From NCBI GenBank assembly GCA_037969075.1, contig JBBKWS010000069.1, positions 1 through 41,304 of the forward strand: a DNA stretch of 41,304 bases, in the 5' to 3' direction. This DNA comes from Bdellovibrionales bacterium (GTDB taxonomy: Bacteria; Bdellovibrionota; Bdellovibrionia; Bdellovibrionales; UBA840). The translations under genes and the position numbers were made by a program. Positions 9,353-19,940 of this stretch are shown piece by piece. Within the stretch, counting starts at the first letter, position 1, and every line of letters starts with the position of its first letter. The notes beneath the pieces are model-generated. The model did no database searches, was not told the origin of the DNA, and saw only the letters and a program-made list of their open reading frames with translations.

Positions 9353-10429
9353 TTACCTCAATTTCAGAGTACTTAAACTAATAATTGCTAACAAAATAGA
9401 TATAATCCAAAAACGTACTACTAACTTGGTTTCATTCACCCCTTTTAATTCAAAGTGATGATGAATAGGTGCCATTTTCAAAACTCGCTTTCCAGTGAGC
9501 TTAAAAGATGCAACTTGCGCTATGACAGACAGTGCTTCTACCACAAAGACACCGCCAACGACTACTAACAAAATTTCATTTTTACTCAGAACAGCAAGGG
9601 TTCCCAAGAAGCCCCCAAGCCCTAAACTACCCACATCGCCCATAAATACCTGTGCAGGATAGGCATTATACCATAAAAACCCAAGGCCAGCCGCTATTAC
9701 AGTGGCAGCCAGCGGAGCCAACTCCCCAGCTCCGCTAACAAATGGGATCTGTAGGTATTCTGCAAAATTATAATGTCCTGTTAGATAGCAAATAATCGCT
9801 AATGTTCCTGTCGCAATAATAATGGGTACAATTGCCAAACCATCCAAGCCATCTGTTAAATTGACTGCATTTGCACAACCAACAATTACAAAGCCCGCAA
9901 ATAATATGTACCAATTACCAAACTCTAAATGAATACTCTTAAAAAATGGAACTGAAACATGGGTTGGAAATTGAAAATAATTTACTAGCACGTAAATCAC
10001 AAACATCGATACACCAAACTCAAGTGCTAGGCGTAACTTTCCAGACAAACCTTTAGTATTTTTCTTAAAGACCTTCAAATAATCATCTATATAGCCAATA
10101 CCTGCAAAACTAAGAGTAATCACGATACAAGCCCAAACCAGTGGAATGTGCCAGTTGGCCCATAAAAGTGATGGGATCAACATACTCATCACTATCAAAC
10201 CACCACCCATTGTTGGAGTGCCTTGTTTTTTTAAATGAGATTTTGGACCATCCTCACGAATTACTTGTCCGATTTGTTTACTCACCAGCCTTCTGATAAA
10301 ATGAGGCCCCCAAATCCAGCAAAGTAAAAACGAACTAAGAAATGCAATAAAAGTTCTGAAAGAAATGTAACGAAAAACATTTAGAACTGAGATGTCATCC
10401 GATAACGACACCAACCATTGATACAGCAT
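9353..10429 (-). CDS. mraY: Phospho-MurNAc-pentapeptide transferase
   Basis: [37 protein letters not shown]. Confidence 0.98.
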   Translation of the reverse strand: MLYQWLVSLSDDISVLNVFRYISFRTFIAFLSSFLLCWIWGPHFIRRLVSKQIGQVIREDGPKSHLKKQGTPTMGGGLIVMSMLIPSLLWANWHIPLVWACIVITLSFAGIGYIDDYLKVFKKNTKGLSGKLRLALEFGVSMFVIYVLVNYFQFPTHVSVPFFKSIHLEFGNWYILFAGFVIVGCANAVNLTDGLDGLAIVPIIIATGTLAIICYLTGHYNFAEYLQIPFVSGAGELAPLAATVIAAGLGFLWYNAYPAQVFMGDVGSLGLGGFLGTLAVLSKNEILLVVVGGVFVVEALSVIAQVASFKLTGKRVLKMAPIHHHFELKGVNETKLVVRFWIISILLAIISLSTLKLR

Positions 10430-10440
10430 GTTTGCCCTTT

Positions 10441-11838
10441 TTATTTTTTTAATGAAAAATTCAGCGGGTCTAAATCTAGAAGAAATTTTTCTAGCTTGAT
10501 GCCTCTGGAAGCCTTCATAAAAATTGTATCTTCAGGTTGTAGCATACTTTTAAGTTCTAAAGCAAGTTCTTGTTTATAAGCACTTGAAATAACTAGGTTT
10601 TTACCAGACAACTCGGTCTTCATTAAGGCAGCATTTTCGCCAACAAAGTAAGCTTTCTCAAAGCCGATCCCCTTCAGCGCTTTTGCAATTATTTGGTGCT
10701 CTTTTTTTTGATGCTTCCCTAGCTCTAGCATATCGCCCAGGACATAAAATTTTCTACCCTTAGTAATCATGCTGCCAGTGTTTTTTAAAAAAGCATTCAT
10801 ACTTTCTGGGTTTGCGTTGTAAGCATCAAACAAAACTCTAGCTCCACCAGTTAAGTTTACCCATTGGTTTCTTCCCCAAACCGTCTGGCATCTGTTTAAT
10901 GACTGCCAAATATCTACCGCGCTCATTCCACAAGTAAGTGCTGCTGCCGCCGCCGCCGCCAAATTATAAGCGTTATGGATTCCAAACACATTTGCCGTGG
11001 CACTAGAGGCAACACCGGCAATAGTTCCAGAAACAATAATCCCGCTATCGTCATTTTTTACTGAAGAGAAATAAACGTCCGCTAAATTTTCTTTTAATGA
11101 AAATGTGAAATCATTCTTTTCATGTCTAAATTGATTCCACATATCTCTAGTGTATGAATTATCTAAATTAAATACCTTTAAAGAAGAGGGTGAGTTTATA
11201 TAGATCTCTTGTTTTTCTTTAGCGACGCCCTCGACACTGCCCACACCTTCTAAATGGCCGCGTCCGACATTTGTGACCATTGTGATATCCGGCAGGGCAA
11301 TTTTACATAACACAGCTATTTCACCTGGATTACTCATACCCATTTCAGAAATCATAAAATCATGAGTAGAGTTTAACTGAAGCAAGCTCATTGGCACTCC
11401 CCAATGATTATTAAAACTTCCCTCTGGAATACAAACTTTATACTTACTTGATAGTATTTGAGCTAAAAATTCTTTTGTAGTGGTTTTACCATTTGTGCCA
11501 GTAAGAGCTACTACCTTTGCTCTATGTTTTTTACGCCAGTATCTACCTAAATTTTGTAAGGCCAGTAACGTATCATCTACTTTTATAACTGTAACCGCGT
11601 TGGTTTTTGCTAGCTTTTCATTTTTATGAACTAAAATGGCTGCCGCCCCACTGGCAACCGCCTTATCTAAAAAATCATGGGCGTCGAAGCTATCTCCCTT
11701 AAGGGCTATAAATAGTTTACCCTTATTGTCCACGCGAGTATCTGTCGAGATCCCATCAAAGCTTGTGGTACTTGCATATACCAGTTTACCGCTAGTGCCT
11801 TCAATAATGTCTTCAAGTAAAAATGTATTTAAAATCAT
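10441..11838 (-). CDS. murF: UDP-MurNAc-tripeptide--D-Ala-D-Ala ligase
   Basis: [40 protein letters not shown]. Confidence 0.96.
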   Translation of the reverse strand: MILNTFLLEDIIEGTSGKLVYASTTSFDGISTDTRVDNKGKLFIALKGDSFDAHDFLDKAVASGAAAILVHKNEKLAKTNAVTVIKVDDTLLALQNLGRYWRKKHRAKVVALTGTNGKTTTKEFLAQILSSKYKVCIPEGSFNNHWGVPMSLLQLNSTHDFMISEMGMSNPGEIAVLCKIALPDITMVTNVGRGHLEGVGSVEGVAKEKQEIYINSPSSLKVFNLDNSYTRDMWNQFRHEKNDFTFSLKENLADVYFSSVKNDDSGIIVSGTIAGVASSATANVFGIHNAYNLAAAAAAALTCGMSAVDIWQSLNRCQTVWGRNQWVNLTGGARVLFDAYNANPESMNAFLKNTGSMITKGRKFYVLGDMLELGKHQKKEHQIIAKALKGIGFEKAYFVGENAALMKTELSGKNLVISSAYKQELALELKSMLQPEDTIFMKASRGIKLEKFLLDLDPLNFSLKK

Positions 11839-13298
11839 TTAAAAAAATCCTTTACGCAGTCTTGGTCAGAGAACGGATGTTTTACGCCTGCAATTTCCTG
11901 GTAGTTCTCGTGCCCTTTACCAGCAATCAATACAATGTCACTGTCACCACTTTGCTTTAACGCTTTTGCTATAGCTTCCCTTCGGTTTACATCAAACTGA
12001 AGGTCTTTAGATTTTTTGCAACCTACCAATATATCATCTACAATTTTTTGAGGTTCTTCAAATCGAGGGTTATCAGAGGTTACATACACCCGATCAGCAA
12101 GTCTTGCTGCGATTTCTCCCATGATAGGACGCTTACTAGTATCACGATTTCCACCAGCGCCAAAAACGACTATTAACTTTTGTCCGTGAATCTTTTGCTT
12201 AGCTTGAATCTCTCGTAAAAAAAACAAAGACCTCTCTAATGCATCTGGAGTATGGGCAAAATCAACAAATACATGTTTTCCCTTAGTGTCTTTTATTTTT
12301 TCTAATCGCCCAGAGACAGACGGAGCCTCTTTAAGAATTCTGATAGTTTCTTCTAAATCCATTCCTAGAGATTTTGTAACCAGAGAGGCCGCGATGACAT
12401 TATAGGTATTATGTACGCCAATTACTGAGGTGGTAGTAATAAAAGTCTTCTTACCCTCAGTAAGTGTCAACTTTGTTCCATTAAAACTCATTTCATTAAT
12501 AACAAATCGAATATCACCCGCATCTCTTCCAAAACTATAAGTGTTTTTAAAATTAACTTTTTTGGCATAAGGATCATCGGCATTAACTATAGCAATAGGA
12601 TACTTTTTAACCGATGAAAACAGTACGTCAGAGAAAAGTCTCTCTTTTGCTAAAAAATATTTTTCCATCGTGTGATGGTAGTCTAAATGATCTTGCGTTA
12701 AATTAGTAAAAATGGCAGCGTCAAATTGCGTCCCATCAATGCGATTTTGGTCTAAAGAATGACTTGAGACCTCCATAACCGTAGACTTTGCCCCTGCCTT
12801 TATAAAATCACATAATCTTGCCTGAAGATCTGCCGCTCCCGGGCTTGTTAAACTTGTAGGCCAAATCTTATCTTTTAAATGATGATCAATTGTACCTATA
12901 ACACCACATGGTAAGCCAAGCTTGTTTAAAATTTTTTCGACCATGTATGAAGTTGTGGTCTTACCGTTAGTGCCAGTGATTCCCACTGTAAACAATTTTT
13001 CTGAGGGTTTATTATAAAATAAATTATTAAGTTCAGCGTATATTTTTCGAGAGTTATTGACTACTAATACTCTGGGATCATTACCGGCATAGGTTTCAGC
13101 AATAATAAGCCTGACATTTTTCTTTAAGGCTTCATCAATAACACTATGCCCATCCCAAGAGGTGCCTTTGATGGCGACGAAGATGCAATTACCTTCTATC
13201 TGATTACTATCACGAGATATTGACGTCACTGGTGGCGCTAGATCAACATCCCCCGGCTGCCACCCAGAAAGTATAGATTTTATATCTTGTATATGCAT
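11835..13298 (-). CDS. murE: UDP-MurNAc-dipeptide--meso-DAP ligase
   Basis: [29 protein letters not shown] (DAP-specific motif), AGKGHE. Confidence 0.97.
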   Translation of the reverse strand: MHIQDIKSILSGWQPGDVDLAPPVTSISRDSNQIEGNCIFVAIKGTSWDGHSVIDEALKKNVRLIIAETYAGNDPRVLVVNNSRKIYAELNNLFYNKPSEKLFTVGITGTNGKTTTSYMVEKILNKLGLPCGVIGTIDHHLKDKIWPTSLTSPGAADLQARLCDFIKAGAKSTVMEVSSHSLDQNRIDGTQFDAAIFTNLTQDHLDYHHTMEKYFLAKERLFSDVLFSSVKKYPIAIVNADDPYAKKVNFKNTYSFGRDAGDIRFVINEMSFNGTKLTLTEGKKTFITTTSVIGVHNTYNVIAASLVTKSLGMDLEETIRILKEAPSVSGRLEKIKDTKGKHVFVDFAHTPDALERSLFFLREIQAKQKIHGQKLIVVFGAGGNRDTSKRPIMGEIAARLADRVYVTSDNPRFEEPQKIVDDILVGCKKSKDLQFDVNRREAIAKALKQSGDSDIVLIAGKGHENYQEIAGVKHPFSDQDCVKDFFK

Positions 13299-15241
13299 TA
13301 CAGCTCTTTAGTTAAAATCAGATTTACTGTTTGTCCAGATTTTATATCAGCGCCAGGATCTGGCAACGTCTTTTTTACTATTCCATCACCATATATTTTT
13401 AGTTTAACTGATTTAGAACGAAGCAAGTTTATACTCTCTCTTATATTTAACCCAATTAAATCTGGCATTTGTTCTTTATTATTTAATCTTTGTACCTTTT
13501 CTAGAGCAACTTGCTGCTTAGATGGCATTTTTCTTAAAACCTCGCCACTATCGGCTAATTTAACGGTAGGGGCAATACCAGATCTTAACATCGCATAAGA
13601 TGCAACGCGCGAAAATATTGGTGCCGCCACATCAGAGCCGTAAAATTGTTTTTTAGGACTATCCACTGCAATATAAATGACATACTTAGGTTTGTCAGAT
13701 GGGACAAAGCCTGCAAATGAAGAAACGTATTCTCCTTTAACATACCCCAAGCCATTTGGATTTACTTTTTGTGCCGTCCCCGTTTTACCGGCGACTGAAA
13801 AACCAGAGATATTTGCCTTATAGCCAGTACCTTGCTTAGAAGTTGCTGCTAATAACATTTTTTTCATTACATTAGATTCTTTTTCTGATAATACACGTCT
13901 GATTTTTTTAACTTCGAAATCTTTAAACACTTCTCCGCGATTATCACGGATACTTTTTACTATATAGGGCTGATGTAAAACGCCCCCGTTAGCAATTACT
14001 GCGTAGGCGTTTGCCATCTGCAATGGAGTCACAGCGACACCATGACCAAATGAAATATTACTTAATAAATGTTTGCGCCACGGTGGCTTACTCATTATAC
14101 CTCTTGATTCTCCTGGCAAGTCCTCAGAAATTTTTTCACCAAACCCGAAATCCTTTAAAGATTTATGCAATCTTTTGTCGCCTAGCTGAAAAGCAATTTT
14201 TGTGGTTCCGATGTTTGATGATTTTTCTAAAACTTCTGTTACAGTTAGCCATTCAAACGCGTGTTTTTCATCAGACTCCCGAATCCATTTATCCGCGATT
14301 TGCATCTTTCCTTTTTCACCATAAATTTTTGAATTTGCATTTACTATTTTTTCTTTAATTGCAGTTGCTATAGTAAAGGTCTTCATTGTACTACCCGGTT
14401 CAAACGGATCGGTCACAACTCTGTTACGTCTAAGCCAACTGTTGGCTTTAACAAATTTATTAGCATTAAAGGTTGGATAAGATGACATGGCTAATATTTC
14501 TGAGCTATTCGCATCCAGTACAATCCCAACAGCACTTTCCGCTTCATGCTCTACTAAAGAGTTTTTCAACTCTTGCTCTAGAACATATTGCATTTCTAGA
14601 TCTATAGTAAGTTGGAGGTCATAACCATCTTGTCTTTCTAAAAACAAGCGTCCATTTAAGATAAGCGGAGTGCCTCTTGCATCTTTTTTAATTTCTACTT
14701 TTTTATTGTTTCCGCTTAACAAATCATTAAATTGTAATTCTAAACCCTCTAACCCAGATCCACTTGAACCCACAAATCCCAATGTTTGCGATAGAACTTC
14801 AATATTAGGATAAATTCGCTTAGACTCTTCAATGAAGCCAATACCTCTAATATTTAGAGCATCAATCTTTTCTTTTGTTTCTAGATCAAGTTTTCTTGAG
14901 AGCCAAACAAACCTTTTCTTCTTTTGTTTTATTTTTGCATATAAATTTTTTGAAGAAATCTTTAAAATTTTCGACAAATCCCTACTAACTTTTTTTGGAT
15001 TTTTAATGATATATGGATCGACAAATACAGAGTAGGCAGCAATGGATGCCGCCAGATCTTTGCCATTTCGATCCGTTAGGTTTCCTCTACGAGGCTCAAG
15101 CATGATCGCCGTTTGAAACTGTTTATGCTGTCTATGCGCAAGTCTTTGATTAGGAATGATTTGTAAAAAAACTGAACGAAGCACCAAACCTGCCCACAGG
15201 AGAAGAATAATTACGAATAAAAGAACGATTCTACGGGGCAT
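13298..15241 (-). CDS. ftsI: Class B penicillin-binding protein FtsI with C-terminal PASTA domain
   Basis: N-terminal TM; EPGSTMK (SxxK), SSN, KTGTAQK; C-terminal MPDLIG...PDPG PASTA-like repeat. Confidence 0.95.
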   Translation of the reverse strand: MPRRIVLLFVIILLLWAGLVLRSVFLQIIPNQRLAHRQHKQFQTAIMLEPRRGNLTDRNGKDLAASIAAYSVFVDPYIIKNPKKVSRDLSKILKISSKNLYAKIKQKKKRFVWLSRKLDLETKEKIDALNIRGIGFIEESKRIYPNIEVLSQTLGFVGSSGSGLEGLELQFNDLLSGNNKKVEIKKDARGTPLILNGRLFLERQDGYDLQLTIDLEMQYVLEQELKNSLVEHEAESAVGIVLDANSSEILAMSSYPTFNANKFVKANSWLRRNRVVTDPFEPGSTMKTFTIATAIKEKIVNANSKIYGEKGKMQIADKWIRESDEKHAFEWLTVTEVLEKSSNIGTTKIAFQLGDKRLHKSLKDFGFGEKISEDLPGESRGIMSKPPWRKHLLSNISFGHGVAVTPLQMANAYAVIANGGVLHQPYIVKSIRDNRGEVFKDFEVKKIRRVLSEKESNVMKKMLLAATSKQGTGYKANISGFSVAGKTGTAQKVNPNGLGYVKGEYVSSFAGFVPSDKPKYVIYIAVDSPKKQFYGSDVAAPIFSRVASYAMLRSGIAPTVKLADSGEVLRKMPSKQQVALEKVQRLNNKEQMPDLIGLNIRESINLLRSKSVKLKIYGDGIVKKTLPDPGADIKSGQTVNLILTKEL

Positions 15242-15251
15242 TAGCTACCTC

Positions 15252-15551
15252 TTAATTGCGCTCTAACTTTGTGCTTGTGAGCTGAACAACCTGTCCATTT
15301 TCTGGTTTATTTAATGCCCAAAATTGTCTGGCGTACTTTTCTACGCGATCCGGTCTTGTAAGTTGCGCAAACTCTAGAGATTTTAAGCGAAGGGTATCTT
15401 TAATACCCTTTTCTACCTTTGTAGTTTTCCAGAAAATATAGCCAACCCGCCTAACTTCCATTTTGCAAAAAACAATTGTTAAAAGGGAAACTATAAAAAT
15501 CATGATGCTCAAAAATGGCTTCATACTATCTACCTTCATTTGTCTGGTCAT
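15252..15551 (-). CDS. ftsL: Cell division protein FtsL (putative)
   Basis: 99 aa; single TM followed by a coiled coil and LTRPDRVEKYA; sits between rsmH and ftsI. Confidence 0.85.
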   Translation of the reverse strand: MTRQMKVDSMKPFLSIMIFIVSLLTIVFCKMEVRRVGYIFWKTTKVEKGIKDTLRLKSLEFAQLTRPDRVEKYARQFWALNKPENGQVVQLTSTKLERN

Positions 15552-16435
15552 ACATCTCCCCTTTCAAATACTCGTAACTGTGCGCTTCTTGCTCTTACAT
15601 TTTTTACTTTTTCGGCCCACTTAGGCTGAATTACTTTTTTAGTAATAATTCTTCCCTTATCTTCAGCCGATTTAAACGCCCATTTTACAATTCTATCTTC
15701 CATAGAATGAAAGGTAATCACTAAAAGCTTTCCCTTACTACTAAGCCTACCTATTAAATCATAGATCGCGTTCTCCAAGGGATCAATCTCTTCATTCACT
15801 TTTAATCGCAGAGCTAAGAAATATTTTGTTGCCGGGTGAACACCTTTTTTTCTCCAACCATCAGCTGAAGCAATTACATCAGATAAATCTTTTGTTGTCG
15901 TAAAGGGTTTTTCGGCTCGCATTTCTATTATCCTATTTACAACACGTCCCGATTTATACACTTCTCCGTAAGTTAAGAACAGTTCCTGCAAATCCTCAGC
16001 ACTATATGTATTTACGATCATAGCCGCAGTTAAGTTTTGTTTTTGGTCCATCCGCATATCCAGGGGACCTTCATGATAAAAACTAAAGCCTCGTTCTGAT
16101 TGGTCTAGTTGCGGTGAACTTACCCCAAGATCCGCTAATATTAGGTCGAACTTATGCTCATTCAGAGGCAATCCCTGCCATTCTTCTTTGAGATTCATAA
16201 AATTGCCGTGGAACATTTCTAAATTATTGGTTTGTATTAAGTCTTTATACTCTACTTTTGCATACTCTATGGCAGCTAAGTCCCTATCTATTCCAAATAA
16301 TTTTAATTGTGGATATTTTTGCTTAATAGCCATCATGTGCCCACCTCTACCGAAGGTACAATCTAGGTACAAACCGGGAGACGTCTCTCTCTCTGTCATT
16401 GTTAATACTTCTGCAAGTAGAACCGGTATATGCAT
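15548..16435 (-). CDS. rsmH: 16S rRNA m4C1402 methyltransferase
   Basis: HIPVLLAE, DCTFGRGGH, DLGVSSPQLD, GPLDMRMD, TFHSMEDR. Confidence 0.97.
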   Translation of the reverse strand: MHIPVLLAEVLTMTERETSPGLYLDCTFGRGGHMMAIKQKYPQLKLFGIDRDLAAIEYAKVEYKDLIQTNNLEMFHGNFMNLKEEWQGLPLNEHKFDLILADLGVSSPQLDQSERGFSFYHEGPLDMRMDQKQNLTAAMIVNTYSAEDLQELFLTYGEVYKSGRVVNRIIEMRAEKPFTTTKDLSDVIASADGWRKKGVHPATKYFLALRLKVNEEIDPLENAIYDLIGRLSSKGKLLVITFHSMEDRIVKWAFKSAEDKGRIITKKVIQPKWAEKVKNVRARSAQLRVFERGDV

Positions 16436-16902
16436 TACTCACTATCCTCTTCGAGAAGTGAGACGCCAGCTAATATCTGCTCAAAGTTAGAACTCAATTC
16501 AATTTGTAGAGTTTCCCAAGAGCTCTTATCCCATATCTCAAGCTTATTACCCATACCAACCAAGACCAGATCAAGGTCTATCCCTGCGAATTGCTTTAAG
16601 TTTTTAGGTACCAACAAACGATTCTGCCCGTCCATATCTATTACAGAACCGGCTGACAAATAAAAACGTTGAAATGCCTGCACGTTAGCATTTAGGGAAG
16701 GTAATTTAGCAATTTTTTCTTCTAATTTGAGCCACGCCTCAAGAGTATAAAGATCTAAACACTTTTTGTTTTTATAAATTGAGTTGGTGATCACTAGACG
16801 CTTGCTATCAGGTAAAGAATTTCTAACGGTTACCGGCAGAGCCAACCTTGATTTTGCATCAATTTTAGCCAGAAACTGGCCTCTAAATGGTGTCGCCTTC
16901 AT
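16435..16902 (-). CDS. mraZ: Transcriptional regulator MraZ
   Basis: FRG...IDAKSRLALP and MDGQNRLLVP repeats, GNKLEIW; first gene of the dcw cluster. Confidence 0.94.
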   Translation of the reverse strand: MKATPFRGQFLAKIDAKSRLALPVTVRNSLPDSKRLVITNSIYKNKKCLDLYTLEAWLKLEEKIAKLPSLNANVQAFQRFYLSAGSVIDMDGQNRLLVPKNLKQFAGIDLDLVLVGMGNKLEIWDKSSWETLQIELSSNFEQILAGVSLLEEDSE

Positions 16903-16985
16903 GGCTATCTACTTTCGTTAGATGAGAAGTCCATCCATGGACCCCTAATAAACATGAGCTAAAGTGGACTGTTGTATTATTTATG

Positions 16986-17020
16986 CCATTAACCGCCACT
17001 TTATCCCACTAATTACCACT
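16986..17020 (-). promoter_or_regulatory. MraZ-binding direct repeats: three AGTGG plus one AATGG at a 10-bp period
   Basis: + strand CCACT at 16996, 17006 and 17016 and CCATT at 16986; matches the GTGG-N6 repeats known upstream of mraZ. Confidence 0.85.
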
Positions 17021-17045
17021 TTATCATTGATTACAGACTCGTCAA
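17018..17045 (-). promoter_or_regulatory. Putative dcw (Pmra) sigma70 promoter
   Basis: TTGACG-N16-TAAAGT with an extended TG; the -10 overlaps the first MraZ repeat. Confidence 0.55.
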
Positions 17046-17127
17046 GTCCTAATTGATTGCCGGGTTTGTCGGCATGTGTTAGGATAATAGTAAGAGATAT
17101 CAAATAGATAAGTTTTGAGCGTGAAAA

Positions 17128-18024
17128 ATGATTATAGGCTGCCCTAAATGTGGATTTGAACAACCCGAAGTGGATTACTGCGCCAACTGCGGAGTAAATG
17201 TTCGTGCCTTTAAGCCTAAAAAACCTCCTTTAAAAGATCGATTATTCAGAAACTCATACTTTTACTTAGCCCTTATGATTCTACTCCTTTCAGGCACAAC
17301 ATTTTTTATAAAAGAAAATTGGTTTCCTGCAGAAAAACGCGTCTACACATTTGTACCCTCTAGCTACCAAGAAAATCTTGCTGAGAGCGAAAAGAGCAAC
17401 TGGGAAAACGACGATACACAAGCCAGCAATGAATCCCCTAGCCAAAGAGAGCCCGCCAGTAAGGCCATCGTTGAAGAAAGCGCTCCTAGGTTAGAGGTCT
17501 TAGTGGCCAGAGTCCCAACTACATCTTTAGCGTATATCGTTGGCCAAGAGATTCTTCCTGAAGACTTAAAGCGAATGAAAAGTTATCCCATCAGAAAGGC
17601 ACTTGAGGCTAAAGACTTAGCCGCCTTAGAAGATGCAAAAATTTTATATACTTTGAACTACGTCATCTTAGCGCAACAAGATCCACTAGTGGTGCAGCAA
17701 TACTTATTCGATGCAGCAGCACAGGATGAAATCGGTTTCAAACTAACCACCGCAGTTGATTCATATCGAAATGATCAACTTATATTTTTACTGCGACTTA
17801 CACAAAACTTTTATGTGGATAAAGTCGTTCATAGAGAGGATCAAGCTCTTCGAGTACAAATTGGCGAACAACAAAGCCGTATTATTACTGGCGTTTTACC
17901 TCACAAGCCACTATCTCCTAGAGAAAAAGTTCTATTACAAAGTGGTTATTTAGGCATGATGAATACGCCTGAATTTCAATCGAGCGAACATACCTTTATA
18001 ATCGTTTTGACATATAAATACTGA
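17128..18024 (+). CDS. Zinc-ribbon membrane protein with a C-terminal secretin-like beta domain (hypothetical)
   Basis: CPKC-x10-CANC, one TM helix at about aa 44-61, acidic linker, then a beta-rich domain whose motif order resembles the secretin core. Confidence 0.75.
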   Translation: MIIGCPKCGFEQPEVDYCANCGVNVRAFKPKKPPLKDRLFRNSYFYLALMILLLSGTTFFIKENWFPAEKRVYTFVPSSYQENLAESEKSNWENDDTQASNESPSQREPASKAIVEESAPRLEVLVARVPTTSLAYIVGQEILPEDLKRMKSYPIRKALEAKDLAALEDAKILYTLNYVILAQQDPLVVQQYLFDAAAQDEIGFKLTTAVDSYRNDQLIFLLRLTQNFYVDKVVHREDQALRVQIGEQQSRIITGVLPHKPLSPREKVLLQSGYLGMMNTPEFQSSEHTFIIVLTYKY

Positions 18025-18072
18025 CAAACACACCGTTTCCAGATACGTTTTTACCTAATCTAAGGAGAAACC

Positions 18073-18603
18073 ATGGATAACTTGCGCCTATCACCACTAA
18101 TCAATGAATCTCAAATTCAAAAACGCATTCTTGAAATCGCAAAAGAATTAGATCGTGATTTTAAAGGAGAAGAGTTAGTCGTTGTTTGTGTACTTAAAGG
18201 CTCATTCATGTTTTATGCAGATTTGATCCGTGCACTTAACTTAGATGTAAAATGTGAGTTCTACGGCCTATCTAGCTACGGTGACTCTACTAAGTCTTCA
18301 GGGCAAGTGCGAATGACTTTAGATATCAACGCAAGCATTGAAGGGAAAAATGTCTTGGTAGTAGAAGACATTGTCGATACAGGCCTTACTATGAAATATC
18401 TTTTAACTAACCTTGAATCACGTAAACCAAAAACAATTAAAACCACCGCGCTTTTATTCAAACCAGAAGCTGTAAAAGAAAAGTGTCACATTGACTACAT
18501 TGGCTTTGAAATTGGCAATGAGTTTGTTGTTGGATATGGTTTAGATTTTCAAGGCTATTATCGCAACCTGCCGTATATAGCCTCTGTACAAAATATGAAT
18601 TAA
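18073..18603 (+). CDS. hpt: Hypoxanthine phosphoribosyltransferase
   Basis: VLKGSFMF, LSSYG, VVEDIVDTGLT, FVVGYGLD, YRNLP; AAGGAG RBS. Confidence 0.97.
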   Translation: MDNLRLSPLINESQIQKRILEIAKELDRDFKGEELVVVCVLKGSFMFYADLIRALNLDVKCEFYGLSSYGDSTKSSGQVRMTLDINASIEGKNVLVVEDIVDTGLTMKYLLTNLESRKPKTIKTTALLFKPEAVKEKCHIDYIGFEIGNEFVVGYGLDFQGYYRNLPYIASVQNMN

Positions 18604-18691
18604 TTTTTTGCTGCACTAGATTAAAATTCACAAGTAGTTCTTTCTCTTCACCTGGCTATAGGTCTATACTTTTTGTATCCATGGAGGAGAG

Positions 18692-19900
18692 ATGATTTTA
18701 ACAATAATGTTATTGATAGGTTCTGTTTTTGCTAACGACGCCATGTTTTGGATTAAAGTAGATGCGCAGGATAAATTTCAGCGCTCTGTAGTTGCAGACA
18801 CTGGCGCTGTTATAGAGGTAGTAAACGAAGATTACGTGGTAGCCTTTGGTACCCAAGAAGAGCTAGATGCTTTAACTAAGACTGGCATGGTACTGCAGTC
18901 ATTTCCTTTAAACGAAAAGTCCTTTGATTTTCCAGATAGAGATAGAAATTTTCATAACTATAGTGAAGTAGTCACTTTTATGAACGATCTGCAGACTAGA
19001 TTTCCGAATCTAATTAAGGTTGAGGATATTGGTACTTCTATAGAAGGCAGGAAGATTTACAATATGCGCATCTCTACTAACCTAGAGAACTCAAGTCAGA
19101 AGCCAGGGATAGTGGTTATGGGGACGCATCACGCTCGTGAGCATCTATCAACCGAGATGCCATTACTATTAGCTAAGTACTTAGTAGAAAATTTCTCGCA
19201 AGACGCAAAAATTCAAAGGTTCCTAGAAACTAGAGAAATACACATCATCCCTATGGTTAATCCAGATGGAGTTGAATACGATATTTCTGGTGGTAGCTAT
19301 AAATCATGGAGAAAGAATCGTCGACAAAACTCAAATGGCGGCTACGGAGTGGATTTAAACCGCAACTATGGGCACAAATGGGGTACCGGCGGATCTAGTA
19401 CAAACCAAAATAGCGACACTTACATGGGCACTAAACCATTTAGTGAGCCAGAAACTTTATCTATTAAAAACTTTGTAGATAGCAGAGAGAACATCAACGT
19501 ACTTTTATCTGTCCACACTTTCTCTGAGCTAGTTTTGTACCCGTGGGGTCACACTTACGACAGCATCTCGAACCAAAGAGACATGCTGGTTCATAAAACA
19601 ATGGCTGAGAAAATGGCTACTTGGAATCGCTATACCCCGCAACAATCCTCTGACTTGTACATAGCTAGCGGTGATACTACTGATTGGTCTTATGGAGAAC
19701 ATGGCATCATATCTTTTACATTTGAATTAGATCCAAAGAGTATGTGGAACGGCGGGTTTTACCCTGGGCAAAGCATCATTAGCTCTGTGTTTCAGAAAAA
19801 TCTACCGGCATTTTTATATCTAATTGATTATGCCGATAATCCGTATCGATCTATTGAAAGTAAATCGTCGCAAGCAGGATTTAAAACTGAAATGTTTTAA
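18692..19900 (+). CDS. Secreted M14 zinc carboxypeptidase (carboxypeptidase T-like)
   Basis: Signal peptide and propeptide; HHARE, NPDG, WRKNRR, DLNRN, HTFSELVLYPW, FTFEL. Confidence 0.93.
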   Translation: MILTIMLLIGSVFANDAMFWIKVDAQDKFQRSVVADTGAVIEVVNEDYVVAFGTQEELDALTKTGMVLQSFPLNEKSFDFPDRDRNFHNYSEVVTFMNDLQTRFPNLIKVEDIGTSIEGRKIYNMRISTNLENSSQKPGIVVMGTHHAREHLSTEMPLLLAKYLVENFSQDAKIQRFLETREIHIIPMVNPDGVEYDISGGSYKSWRKNRRQNSNGGYGVDLNRNYGHKWGTGGSSTNQNSDTYMGTKPFSEPETLSIKNFVDSRENINVLLSVHTFSELVLYPWGHTYDSISNQRDMLVHKTMAEKMATWNRYTPQQSSDLYIASGDTTDWSYGEHGIISFTFELDPKSMWNGGFYPGQSIISSVFQKNLPAFLYLIDYADNPYRSIESKSSQAGFKTEMF

Positions 19901-19911
19901 TTTTATATGAC

Positions 19912-19940
19912 AAAAGCCCGCAAAGACTGCGGGCTTTTTT
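19912..19940. terminator. Bidirectional intrinsic terminator
   Basis: AAAAGCCCGCA-aagac-TGCGGGCTTTTTT between the convergent carboxypeptidase and rnj genes. Confidence 0.9.

Noticed and set aside
10939..10960. GCC/GCT trinucleotide run
   Set aside because: It encodes the poly-Ala helix of MurF ([10 protein letters not shown]); not a contingency repeat.
16981..17163. 60-aa minus-strand ORF upstream of mraZ
   Set aside because: It overlaps the MraZ operator, the promoter and the start of the divergent gene; no coding features.
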